Positions 9,206 to 17,335 of a stretch of DNA of 64,000 nucleotides are shown in pieces. The stretch comes from an uncultured Verrucomicrobiota bacterium (lineage in GTDB: Bacteria > Verrucomicrobiota > Kiritimatiellia > JAAZAB01), in assembly GCA_964650945.1 (NCBI GenBank), contig CAZYXU010000001.1, positions 32,474-96,473 of the forward strand, given 5' to 3'. A program made the position numbers and the translations under genes. Position 1 is the stretch's first letter. Each line of letters begins with the position of its first letter. The notes below the pieces were generated by a model, which was not told the DNA's origin, did no database searches, and was given only the letters and a program-made list of their open reading frames with translations.

Positions 9206-11032
9206 ATGCAGAAGATAAAGGGGATGGCAATGGATGCGCAAAATTCGGTGAATGCCGCCGGCGCGGAATCGCCGCCGCAGATTGACGGATTCGAGATTAT
9301 CGAGCGCTTGGGCCAGGGCGGCTCCGCCAGCGTCTGGAAGGCCCGGCAGATTTCCCTGCAGCGTTTTGTGGTGATCAAGGTGCTGGGCGAGCACTTTGCC
9401 CGGGATGCGGCGGACATCAAGCAATTCCGGCTGGAAGCCCGGCTGGCCGCCAACCTGAAGCATCCGGGGATTGTGCAGGTGTATGACTTCGGCCAATCCC
9501 GCGACGACAGCCGCTATTATTTCGTCATGGAATACATCTCCGGCTATTCGGTCGGGGAATGGATGCGGCGAAAAAAAATATTGCCGGAAAACGACGCGCT
9601 GGTGGTGGCCCATGGCGTTGCGGCAGCCTTGCGCTACGCCTGGGACACGTCCCGGATCGTCCATTGCGACCTCAAGCCCGACAACATCATGGTGGATGGC
9701 GACGGCACCGTCAAACTCACCGATTTGGGGCTGGCGCAGGTGGTCAGCACCATTGGCCATGCCGCGGGCCGGCCGGACGAGTTTGTCACCGGCACGCCGA
9801 ATTACATGTCGCCCGAGCAGGTGCGCGGGGATGTCAAGCTGGATTGCCGCAGCGATATCTATGCGCTGGGCATGACCTTGTATCACATGCTGACCGGGAA
9901 GCTGCCGTTTGCCGCGGCGCCGGCCGAGGTCATGGAAAAACAATTGCACGAGCTGCTGCCGCATCCCCAGCAGGTGAACCCGGCCATCTCCGCCGCGGCG
10001 GCGCAATTGGTGACGCGGATGACGGCCAAGCTGCCGGCCGACCGCCACCAGTCCTGGGACGAGGTGCTGGCCGCCATCGCCGCTGTCGAAAAACGGGCGG
10101 ACGGGATGGCGCCGGCGCCGGACCCGAGTCCTGCGCCGCCGGCCGCACCGGCGGCCGAATTCGTCTGCTGTCCGCATTGTAACCGCGAAATCCGTGAAAG
10201 CGCTGCGTTTTGCCGGCACTGCGGCAGCCAATTGCAAGCGGCGCCGAAAACGCCCAAGCCCAGGTTGCGGGTCCGGCCAGCCGCCGAACATCCGCAACCG
10301 CCGCCGCCCGTTGCCTGGTCCCAAGCCCGGCAGGCCGCTTCCCGGCGGTTGGCGAAACCCGGCGCCGGCGCCCGGGGCGCCCCGGGCGCGCGCCGCCGCG
10401 CCGCCGGCTGGTTTTCCGGGATGATGGGCAATGTGCGCCTGGTGCTTTCCGTCGGTTTGCTGGGTTTTTTTGGCTATTGCGGCTATCAGAAAGTTGTCAA
10501 CGACAAAGAAATCATTCTGCCGCTGCGCATCAAGTTACAGCGCTCGATGGCCGTGGCGTTTCGCCAGGCCCAAATCCGGGTGGTGGAGTTTTTCCAGCGC
10601 CGGCCGCCGGCGGATAAGCCGGCCGGGGTGCCGCCGCCGGTGATCGAGGAAACGATTGCGCCGGCGCCGCCGCCGGTTGCGCCGCCGCCCGCGTATGCGC
10701 CCCCGACCGCCGCTTTGCCTCCGCCGCCGATCGCGCCGGCTGCCGCGGAACAGGATCAGAACCGGGAATACGAGCGGCTGCTGGAATTATGCCGGCAGAA
10801 TTTACCCAGGGTGGGCGAAACAGTATCGATCAATTTGCAGCATCATGCGGGCAAGCGCGAGGGGACTTTGCAGTCCATCGACCGCGATGGCCTGGTGATC
10901 AAGGTCGAATCCGGCCTGCTGACCGTGCCGTTTAACGTCATGGACCGCGAATACCGCCTGCGGTTTTTCCCCGAGGAGCGCGCCCGGCTGCTGATGCAGC
11001 GCGCCGCGCAAACCAAATCATCCGGCGAATGA
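9206..11032 (+). CDS. Ser/Thr protein kinase with zinc-ribbon, Pro-rich linker, single TM helix and C-terminal extracytoplasmic domain
   Basis: Kinase subdomains are visible: GQGGSASVWKA (Gly loop), VIKVL (Lys), HCDLKPDNIM (catalytic loop), DLG (DFG-like) and TPNYMSPE (APE). These are followed by CCPHCNREIRESAAFCRHCG, a proline-rich stretch, hydrophobic LVLSVGLLGFFGYCGY, and a 170-aa tail. Confidence 0.85.
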   Translation: MQKIKGMAMDAQNSVNAAGAESPPQIDGFEIIERLGQGGSASVWKARQISLQRFVVIKVLGEHFARDAADIKQFRLEARLAANLKHPGIVQVYDFGQSRDDSRYYFVMEYISGYSVGEWMRRKKILPENDALVVAHGVAAALRYAWDTSRIVHCDLKPDNIMVDGDGTVKLTDLGLAQVVSTIGHAAGRPDEFVTGTPNYMSPEQVRGDVKLDCRSDIYALGMTLYHMLTGKLPFAAAPAEVMEKQLHELLPHPQQVNPAISAAAAQLVTRMTAKLPADRHQSWDEVLAAIAAVEKRADGMAPAPDPSPAPPAAPAAEFVCCPHCNREIRESAAFCRHCGSQLQAAPKTPKPRLRVRPAAEHPQPPPPVAWSQARQAASRRLAKPGAGARGAPGARRRAAGWFSGMMGNVRLVLSVGLLGFFGYCGYQKVVNDKEIILPLRIKLQRSMAVAFRQAQIRVVEFFQRRPPADKPAGVPPPVIEETIAPAPPPVAPPPAYAPPTAALPPPPIAPAAAEQDQNREYERLLELCRQNLPRVGETVSINLQHHAGKREGTLQSIDRDGLVIKVESGLLTVPFNVMDREYRLRFFPEERARLLMQRAAQTKSSGE

Positions 11033-12211
11033 TTGCCCGCGCGGCCAGGGCGGCAAGCCGAACCAGTCGGTTAAAGTCCGGGCGACATCGAAAAAACCCT
11101 GGCGGATTCCCAATGCCCGACCCGGCCGGCGGGGCTGGTAAACCAGCAGCGGCACATATTCGCGGGTGTGGTCGGTGCCGGCGAAGGTCGGATCGTTGCC
11201 ATGGTCGGCGGTGACGATCAGCCGGTCGTCCGCCTGAAGGCGCGGCAGCAATTCCCCGAAAAAGGCGTCGGTCTGCATCAGCGCGCCGGCATAACCGGCC
11301 GCGTCGCGCCGGTGCCCGTAAAGCATGTCGAAGTCTATGAAATTGGCCATGATCAGGCCGGCGGACTGCGCCGCGGCCGTTTCCAGCACTTTTTGCTGGG
11401 AATCCCGGCTGTTGCCGGTGTGGAACGCTTGCGTAAAGCCGCGTCCGGCGTAAATATCTTCCAGCTTGCCGATCATCGTCACCGGCCCGCCGGCCTGGAC
11501 CAGCCGCTCCATGACGAACGGTTCGGGCGGGGGATAGGAATAGTCGCGCCGGCGGGAGGTGCGCTGGAATCGCCCGGGCTGGCCGGTGTAGGGCCGGGCG
11601 ATCACCCGCCCGATGCGCAGCGGATTGCACAGCTCGCGGGCGATTTCGCAACCCCGGTAAAGTTCTTCCAGGGGGATGACTTCCTCGTGCGCGGCGATTT
11701 GCATTACGGAGTCGGCGCTGGTATAGACGATCCATGCGCCCGTGCGCATCTGGCGCGCGCCCAGTTCCTCGATGATGGCCGTGCCGCTGGCGGCCTTATT
11801 GCCCAGAATCGCGCGGCCGGTGCGTTTTGCGAATTCCGTTGTCAACTTTTCCGGGAAGGCCGGCGGTCCGGGCGGGAACAGCGTAAAACCTTCAGCCAGG
11901 CGCAGCCCGGCGATTTCCCAGTGGCCGGTGGTGGTGTCCTTGCCGGCGGAAATTTCATGCATCGCCCCGTAGCTGGCGGCCGGCGCGTCGGCCGGCGGCA
12001 CGCCGGCAATCGGCAGGCCGTCGGGCAGCAATGCCGGAATGTTGCCCAACCCCATCCGCTGCAGGTGCGGCAGGCGCAGGCCGCCGTCTTGGCCGCCGGC
12101 CACCGCCCGGGCCAGGTGTCCCAGGGTGTTGGCGCCGGCGTCGCCATAATCCCCGGCATCGGGGGCGGCGCCGATCCCCACCGAATCCAGCACTATCAGG
12201 ATGACTTTCAT
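11018..12211 (-). CDS. deoB: Phosphopentomutase
   Basis: MKVILIVLDSVGIG...TADHGNDPT motifs of DeoB (alkaline-phosphatase superfamily). Start placed at the conserved MKVI; the upstream extension in the ORF track is not supported. Confidence 0.85.
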   Translation of the reverse strand: MKVILIVLDSVGIGAAPDAGDYGDAGANTLGHLARAVAGGQDGGLRLPHLQRMGLGNIPALLPDGLPIAGVPPADAPAASYGAMHEISAGKDTTTGHWEIAGLRLAEGFTLFPPGPPAFPEKLTTEFAKRTGRAILGNKAASGTAIIEELGARQMRTGAWIVYTSADSVMQIAAHEEVIPLEELYRGCEIARELCNPLRIGRVIARPYTGQPGRFQRTSRRRDYSYPPPEPFVMERLVQAGGPVTMIGKLEDIYAGRGFTQAFHTGNSRDSQQKVLETAAAQSAGLIMANFIDFDMLYGHRRDAAGYAGALMQTDAFFGELLPRLQADDRLIVTADHGNDPTFAGTDHTREYVPLLVYQPRRPGRALGIRQGFFDVARTLTDWFGLPPWPRGQSFAG

Positions 12212-12279
12212 GCGCCAGGATGCTAATATAAACGCCGATGTGGGACAAGTAAGAATATATCTGCAAAGGATGGCCGCGC

Positions 12280-13287
12280 ATGCATACTGCAAAATACTGG
12301 GAAAGCACGGCGGACGGCCGGGCGCGCTGCCGGTTGTGTCCGCATGCATGCTTGATCGCCGAGGGCCATGCCGGCCGGTGCGGCGTGCGGGTGCTGCGCG
12401 GCGGCGTGTTGCGGGCCAGCGGTTACGGCATGCTGTCGGGCGCGCACACCGATCCGATGGAAAAAAAACCGCTCTATCATTTTTATCCCGGCGCCGCGGT
12501 CTTCAGCGTCGGCGGCTGGGGCTGCAATTTAAGCTGCCGGTTCTGCCAGAATTGGGGCATCTCCCAGCAAATCGGCCGCTCGGAGCGCGTGGTTCCGCCG
12601 GCGGAAGTGGTGGCCGCCGCGCTGGGCGCACAGCCGGCGCCGGCCCCGGCCATCGCCTACACCTACAACGAGCCGCTGATCAATTTTGAGTTCGTGCAGG
12701 ATTGCGCCCGCGCCGCGCGCGCCGCCGGCAAAAACATAAAAAACATCCTGGTCACGAATGGGCTCGTCAATCCCGCCCCGGCGGCGGAATTATTGCCGCT
12801 GATTGACGCCTTGAACATTGACATCAAGAGCATGGACCCGGAATTTTACCGGGAATACTGCGGCGGGCCGCTGGACCCGGTGCTGGACTTTGCCCGACAG
12901 GCGCGCGCCGCCGGCTGCCACCTGGAAATCACCAACCTGGTGATTCCCGGTTTGAATGACGCCGAGGCTTTGTTTCAAAAGTTGGCCGGCTGGATTCGGC
13001 AGCATCTGGGGGCGGCCACCCCCCTGCATCTCAGCGCCTACCATCCGGCTTTCAAGGTTGACCTGCCGGCGACGCCGCCGGAAACGCTCGAACGCGCCGC
13101 GGAATTGTGCCGACGGGAACTCCATTACGTCTATCTCGGCAACCTGGGCACGCCGGCTAGCCAGGACACCCTGTGCCCGCAATGCGGCGCCTTGCAGATT
13201 GAACGCCGCGGCTACCGGGTCCGGCGGCGCGGACTCAAGGGAACCGCTTGCGCCGGCTGCGGCCGGCCGGCGGATTTGGTTTTATAG
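12280..13287 (+). CDS. Radical SAM enzyme of the AmmeMemoRadiSam type (AmrS / PflA-like activase family)
   Basis: CNLSCRFCQNW (CxxxCxxC) radical SAM cluster motif and N-terminal CRLCPHAC. Overall the layout is like AmrS / pyruvate-formate-lyase activase homologues. Confidence 0.75.
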   Translation: MHTAKYWESTADGRARCRLCPHACLIAEGHAGRCGVRVLRGGVLRASGYGMLSGAHTDPMEKKPLYHFYPGAAVFSVGGWGCNLSCRFCQNWGISQQIGRSERVVPPAEVVAAALGAQPAPAPAIAYTYNEPLINFEFVQDCARAARAAGKNIKNILVTNGLVNPAPAAELLPLIDALNIDIKSMDPEFYREYCGGPLDPVLDFARQARAAGCHLEITNLVIPGLNDAEALFQKLAGWIRQHLGAATPLHLSAYHPAFKVDLPATPPETLERAAELCRRELHYVYLGNLGTPASQDTLCPQCGALQIERRGYRVRRRGLKGTACAGCGRPADLVL

Positions 13288-14904
13288 TCAGAACATGTTG
13301 CCGGGGTTGATCCGGCCGTGGGGGTCGAAGACGCGTTTGACCGCGCGCATGGCCTCAATGCCGTCCTCGCCGAACATCATCTGCAGCAGCGCTTTTTTCA
13401 GCTTGCCGACGCCATGTTCGGCGGAAACGGTGCCGCCGTGGCCCAGCGCCACGCGGGCCAGTCGCAGGTAAAGTTCCTTCCCGCGCCGGTATTCTTCCAG
13501 GTCGCGCGGCAGGATGTTGATGTGCAGGTGGTTGTTGCCGATATGGCCGAAAATCACGTATTCAAACCCGGCCGCCTGCAAAGCGGCATGGTAGGCCGCC
13601 AGGATCGCCGGCAGGGCGGCGTCCGGCACGGCGAAATCCGTGCCCAGTTTCGTCAAGCCGGGATATTGGACGGCGCGTTCGCCGATGCGCTGGTTGACGG
13701 CTTCCGGGAGCGCATGCCGGAAGTTTTTCAGCCGCAAGGTTTCGTCCTCATCCATGGCGGTCCAGGCGCTGTCCGGGTCGCTGCCGGCGGATTCCAGCAT
13801 GGCCAGCAGCGCTTCCGCCGTCTCTTCCATGGCGCAGCCGGTGGTGGCGATCTCGATGTAAACGGCGGTCTGCGCTTCGGGCGGCAGCGCCGGAATCGGA
13901 CTGCCGGCCCCCTGCCGGGTTTTCTGCGCACGCAGGAGGTTAAGGGCGCGCTCGTCGAAAAATTCCAGCGCCAGCAGGCGGCCGCCGGCGATGTCGGCTG
14001 CCCGGGCGGTCTGCACGAATTGGACGGCATGGGGTTCATCCGGGAAAAACGCGACGGCGCCCAGCAGGGCTTCCGGGGCGGGGATGAGCAGGATTTCGAT
14101 TTCGGTGTAAATGCCCAGCGTGCCTTCGGCGCCGATGAAGAGATCAATCAAATCCATGCCGGGCGCGCTGTAATAACCGGCGGCGTTTTTCACCGCCGGC
14201 ATGCGGTAACCGGGGATTAGAGCGCGGCGGGGCGGCCCGGCAGGGGGCAGCAACTGGAAGCCGCCATCCGGCGCGGCGCAATATTCGCCGCGCGGGATGG
14301 TTAACAAGGCGCCATCCGCCAGCGCCAGGCGCAGGCCTGTGACGTAGCGCCGCGTGGCGCCGTAAAACAGGGTGCGGGCGCCGGAGGCGTTGCAGGCGAC
14401 CATGCCGCCCAGGCTGGCGGTGTGCTCGGTGGGGTCGGGCGGGAAAAAGCAGGGCGGCGCCTGGCGGAGTTCCGCCAACGTCCGGCGGTCGGCCGCGGGC
14501 CAGGTTTCCATGCCGGGGAATTGCCCCGTATCCAGCGCCGCGTTGATGCCGGCCAGGGTGACGCCGGGCTGGCAGCGCAGGCGGAAATGTTCCGGGTTGG
14601 CCGGGTCGCGCCGCAGGCCGGTGAAAGCGCTTAAATGTTCCAGGCTTACCAGCCAGCCGCGCTGCGGCACGGCGCCGCCGGTGATGCCGGTGCGGCCGCC
14701 GGAGATGGTTACCGCGGCGCCTTCAGCCTGCGCCCGGCGGAGCAGCGCCAGGATTTCGGCTTCCGTGCGCGGCATGTAAATCTTATCCGCGCTGCCGGCC
14801 AGGCGCGATTCGTCCGTCAGGTAGGCGGCGCCATCGGCGGCCGCGACAGCCGGCGGCAGCGTCTCGGCGGACTCGGGATAAACGGTGGGCAGGCAGTTGT
14901 TCAT
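13288..14904 (-). CDS. FAD-linked oxidoreductase (GlcD / D-lactate dehydrogenase-like, FAD_binding_4 + FAD-oxidase_C)
   Basis: 538 aa with RGGGTGITGGAVP-type FAD-binding segment (ISGGRTGITGGAVP) and a C-terminal HGHIGNNHLH..EHGVG block typical of the family. Confidence 0.85.
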   Translation of the reverse strand: MNNCLPTVYPESAETLPPAVAAADGAAYLTDESRLAGSADKIYMPRTEAEILALLRRAQAEGAAVTISGGRTGITGGAVPQRGWLVSLEHLSAFTGLRRDPANPEHFRLRCQPGVTLAGINAALDTGQFPGMETWPAADRRTLAELRQAPPCFFPPDPTEHTASLGGMVACNASGARTLFYGATRRYVTGLRLALADGALLTIPRGEYCAAPDGGFQLLPPAGPPRRALIPGYRMPAVKNAAGYYSAPGMDLIDLFIGAEGTLGIYTEIEILLIPAPEALLGAVAFFPDEPHAVQFVQTARAADIAGGRLLALEFFDERALNLLRAQKTRQGAGSPIPALPPEAQTAVYIEIATTGCAMEETAEALLAMLESAGSDPDSAWTAMDEDETLRLKNFRHALPEAVNQRIGERAVQYPGLTKLGTDFAVPDAALPAILAAYHAALQAAGFEYVIFGHIGNNHLHINILPRDLEEYRRGKELYLRLARVALGHGGTVSAEHGVGKLKKALLQMMFGEDGIEAMRAVKRVFDPHGRINPGNMF

Positions 14905-14938
14905 ATGCTTGATTTTTTACCACGAAGGACGCGGGGTG

Positions 14939-16009
14939 TCACGCCGGTTTTTCCGCGGCCCGGCGGCTGAGCCGCAACTGCCCGCAGGCGGCATTGATCC
15001 CGGCGCCGCGCGAGGCGCGCAGAGTGGCATTGATGCCGGCTTGCTCCAGGATGCGGATAAACGCCTGGGCGGCGGCGGCGGGCGGCGGGCGCCCGGAGAA
15101 TTCCGCCACCGGGCTCAGGGGAATGAGGTTGAGCCGGCAGGGGCAACCGCGCAGCAGCTTCACCAGATCGCGCGCCTGCGCCGGGGCGGCGTTGACCTGG
15201 TCAACCAGCGTGTATTCGAAAGTGATGATCCGCCCGGTCTGCCCGGCGTATTCCCGGCAGGCTTCCAGCAGCGGCAGCAGCGCGTAATGGCGGTTGACCG
15301 GCATGAGTTGCGAGCGCAAAGCGTCAGCGGGCGCGTGCAGCGAAACGGATAGTTCCACCTGCAAGCCTTCGCGGGCGAGGCGCCGGATGCCGGGGATGAT
15401 GCCGCAGGTGCTGATGGTGATGCGGCGGGCGCCAATCCGCAGGCCGTCCGGATGGTTGAGAATACGGATGGCGGCCAGCACGTTGTCGTAATTATCCAGC
15501 GGCTCGCCAATGCCCATGAAAACCACGTTGGACGGCGGCGCGCCCAGCCGCCGGGTGAAAATCAATACCTGCTCCACCATCTCCGCGGCGGACAGGTTGC
15601 GCTGGAATCCCGCCTGGCCGCTGGCGCAGAAGGCGCAGTGGAATTTGCAGCCGGCCTGGCTGGAAACACACACGGTCTGGCGCACGCCGGCCGTCCGGCC
15701 GGCCGCCGGAATCAGCACGGTTTCAATGACTTCGCCGTCCGCCAGCGTGGCGCTGATTTTTTGGGTTTGAGGGGCTTCGCCGGCGGCCGGCGCCCCGGCC
15801 GGCTGGTCGGGTCTGACTGCAGCGAGCTGGAAGCGCTCGGCCAGTTGCGCCCGCAATGCGCGCGGCAGGTTGCGCATGACTTCCCAATCGTCGGCATAGC
15901 GGACGTAAAGCCAGTGCCAGATTTGAGCGGCGCGCCAGGCCGGCTCGCCCAGCGCCAGGCAGGCCGCCTCAAGCTGCGCGGGCATCAGGTTGTGGATCGG
16001 CTCCTTCAT
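14939..16009 (-). CDS. rlmN: 23S rRNA (adenine2503-C2)-methyltransferase, radical SAM
   Basis: SQAGCKFHCAFCASG radical-SAM motif, MGIGEPLDNYDNV and C-terminal CGQL are RlmN/Cfr family signatures. Start placed at MKEPIHNL. Confidence 0.85.
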   Translation of the reverse strand: MKEPIHNLMPAQLEAACLALGEPAWRAAQIWHWLYVRYADDWEVMRNLPRALRAQLAERFQLAAVRPDQPAGAPAAGEAPQTQKISATLADGEVIETVLIPAAGRTAGVRQTVCVSSQAGCKFHCAFCASGQAGFQRNLSAAEMVEQVLIFTRRLGAPPSNVVFMGIGEPLDNYDNVLAAIRILNHPDGLRIGARRITISTCGIIPGIRRLAREGLQVELSVSLHAPADALRSQLMPVNRHYALLPLLEACREYAGQTGRIITFEYTLVDQVNAAPAQARDLVKLLRGCPCRLNLIPLSPVAEFSGRPPPAAAAQAFIRILEQAGINATLRASRGAGINAACGQLRLSRRAAEKPA

Positions 16010-16104
16010 GGCAAGGCGGCAGTCATTTCCCGGATGATGCCTGCCGCGTGTGAATACCGCGTCAGGCGGACGCGGTGGTTTGCGGCAGATGATTAAAGAT
16101 TGCG

Positions 16105-17259
16105 TCAAACATGGCGAAAACCCAACGCGGAAAGTTTTTGCCGCAAGCTCGGGGATAATCCCCGGCCGGCAATGCGCGTGTAGCGGAATTCGCGGCGCAC
16201 GGGATATTTCTGGCGCAGCTCCTCAAACGCGCGGCCGCGCGCCTGGTCTTCCAGGGCGGCGATCCGGCGCAGGTTGGCGTCGTCGCGCTCAATGTCGTAA
16301 AGCTGCCGCACCGCTTCCTCCAGCAACCGCTCGTCCGGCATGCCGGCGGCCGGGGCCGCCAGCGCGATTTCCGGCACCGCGGGCGGCGGCAGCAGCGGCT
16401 CGTGATCCCAGTCCGGCTGAACACCCAGGAAGCGGCAGAGTTCGCGGTACACCATGACCGTGCCCATGACCTTGCCCTCGTAGGAGTAACCGGCGATATG
16501 CGGCGTGCCGCAGGCGGCGCGGCGCAGGACGTCCGGGCGGAAGGCCGGCTCGCCTTCCCATGTGTCCAGGATGGCATGCGCCACCCGGCCGCCGGCCAGC
16601 GCCGCCAGCAGCGCGTCCGAATCCTGCGCGCCGCCGCGGGCGGCGTTGATGAAAATCGCGCCCGGCTTGAGCTTGGCGAAAAAGGCGGCATCGGCCAGGT
16701 GGCGGGTGGGATAGGGGCCGTCTTTGGTCAGCGGCACGTGCAGGGTGACAATATCCGCCTGCGGCAGGATTTCATCCAGCGGGCGGAAAACCGGATTTTT
16801 TTCCGCATCTAGCCGCGGCGGATCGTTTTGCAGGATGCGCAAACCCAGGGCGCCCAGCTTGCTGACCACCAGCCGGCCGACATTGCCCACGCCGATCACC
16901 GCCATGGTCATGCCCGCCAGGGTGAAGTTTTGCCGGGCGGCCAGCCGCAGCAGCGCCGCCGCCACGTATTCCGCCACGCTGTTGGCATTGCAGCCGGCGG
17001 CGGAACACCAGCGAATCCCGGCCTGCTCCAGCCAGGGAATCTCCATGTGGTCGGTGCCGATGGTGGCCGTGCCCACGAACCGCACGCGGCTGCCTGCCAG
17101 CAGTTCGCGGTTGACGCGCAGCGTGGAGCGCACGGCCAGGATTTCCGCGTCGCGTACGCGCGCGGGGGTAATTTCGCGGGGCGGCAGGATCTCCACCGCC
17201 CCCAAACGGCCAAAGGCCTCTTGCGCGAACGGCATGCTGGTGGCGCAGATTATTTTCAT
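16105..17259 (-). CDS. pdxB: Erythronate-4-phosphate dehydrogenase
   Basis: MKIICATSMPFAQEAF...VGTATIGTDHMEIPWL...IGVGNVGRLV (NAD-binding GxGxxG)...HIAGYSYEGK plus a C-terminal dimerisation tail, collinear with PdxB. Start at MKII. Confidence 0.8.
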   Translation of the reverse strand: MKIICATSMPFAQEAFGRLGAVEILPPREITPARVRDAEILAVRSTLRVNRELLAGSRVRFVGTATIGTDHMEIPWLEQAGIRWCSAAGCNANSVAEYVAAALLRLAARQNFTLAGMTMAVIGVGNVGRLVVSKLGALGLRILQNDPPRLDAEKNPVFRPLDEILPQADIVTLHVPLTKDGPYPTRHLADAAFFAKLKPGAIFINAARGGAQDSDALLAALAGGRVAHAILDTWEGEPAFRPDVLRRAACGTPHIAGYSYEGKVMGTVMVYRELCRFLGVQPDWDHEPLLPPPAVPEIALAAPAAGMPDERLLEEAVRQLYDIERDDANLRRIAALEDQARGRAFEELRQKYPVRREFRYTRIAGRGLSPSLRQKLSALGFRHV

Positions 17260-17335
17260 GGCATGAACGGCTGCGGGTTTCCCGGGACAAAACAGGCGCA
17301 TTGTTTGCCAAAATACGCCGGCTGTCAATCCCGAA

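Noticed and set aside
9191-10324. 377-aa minus-strand ORF
   Set aside because: Antisense to the Ser/Thr kinase gene, whose kinase motifs are unambiguous.
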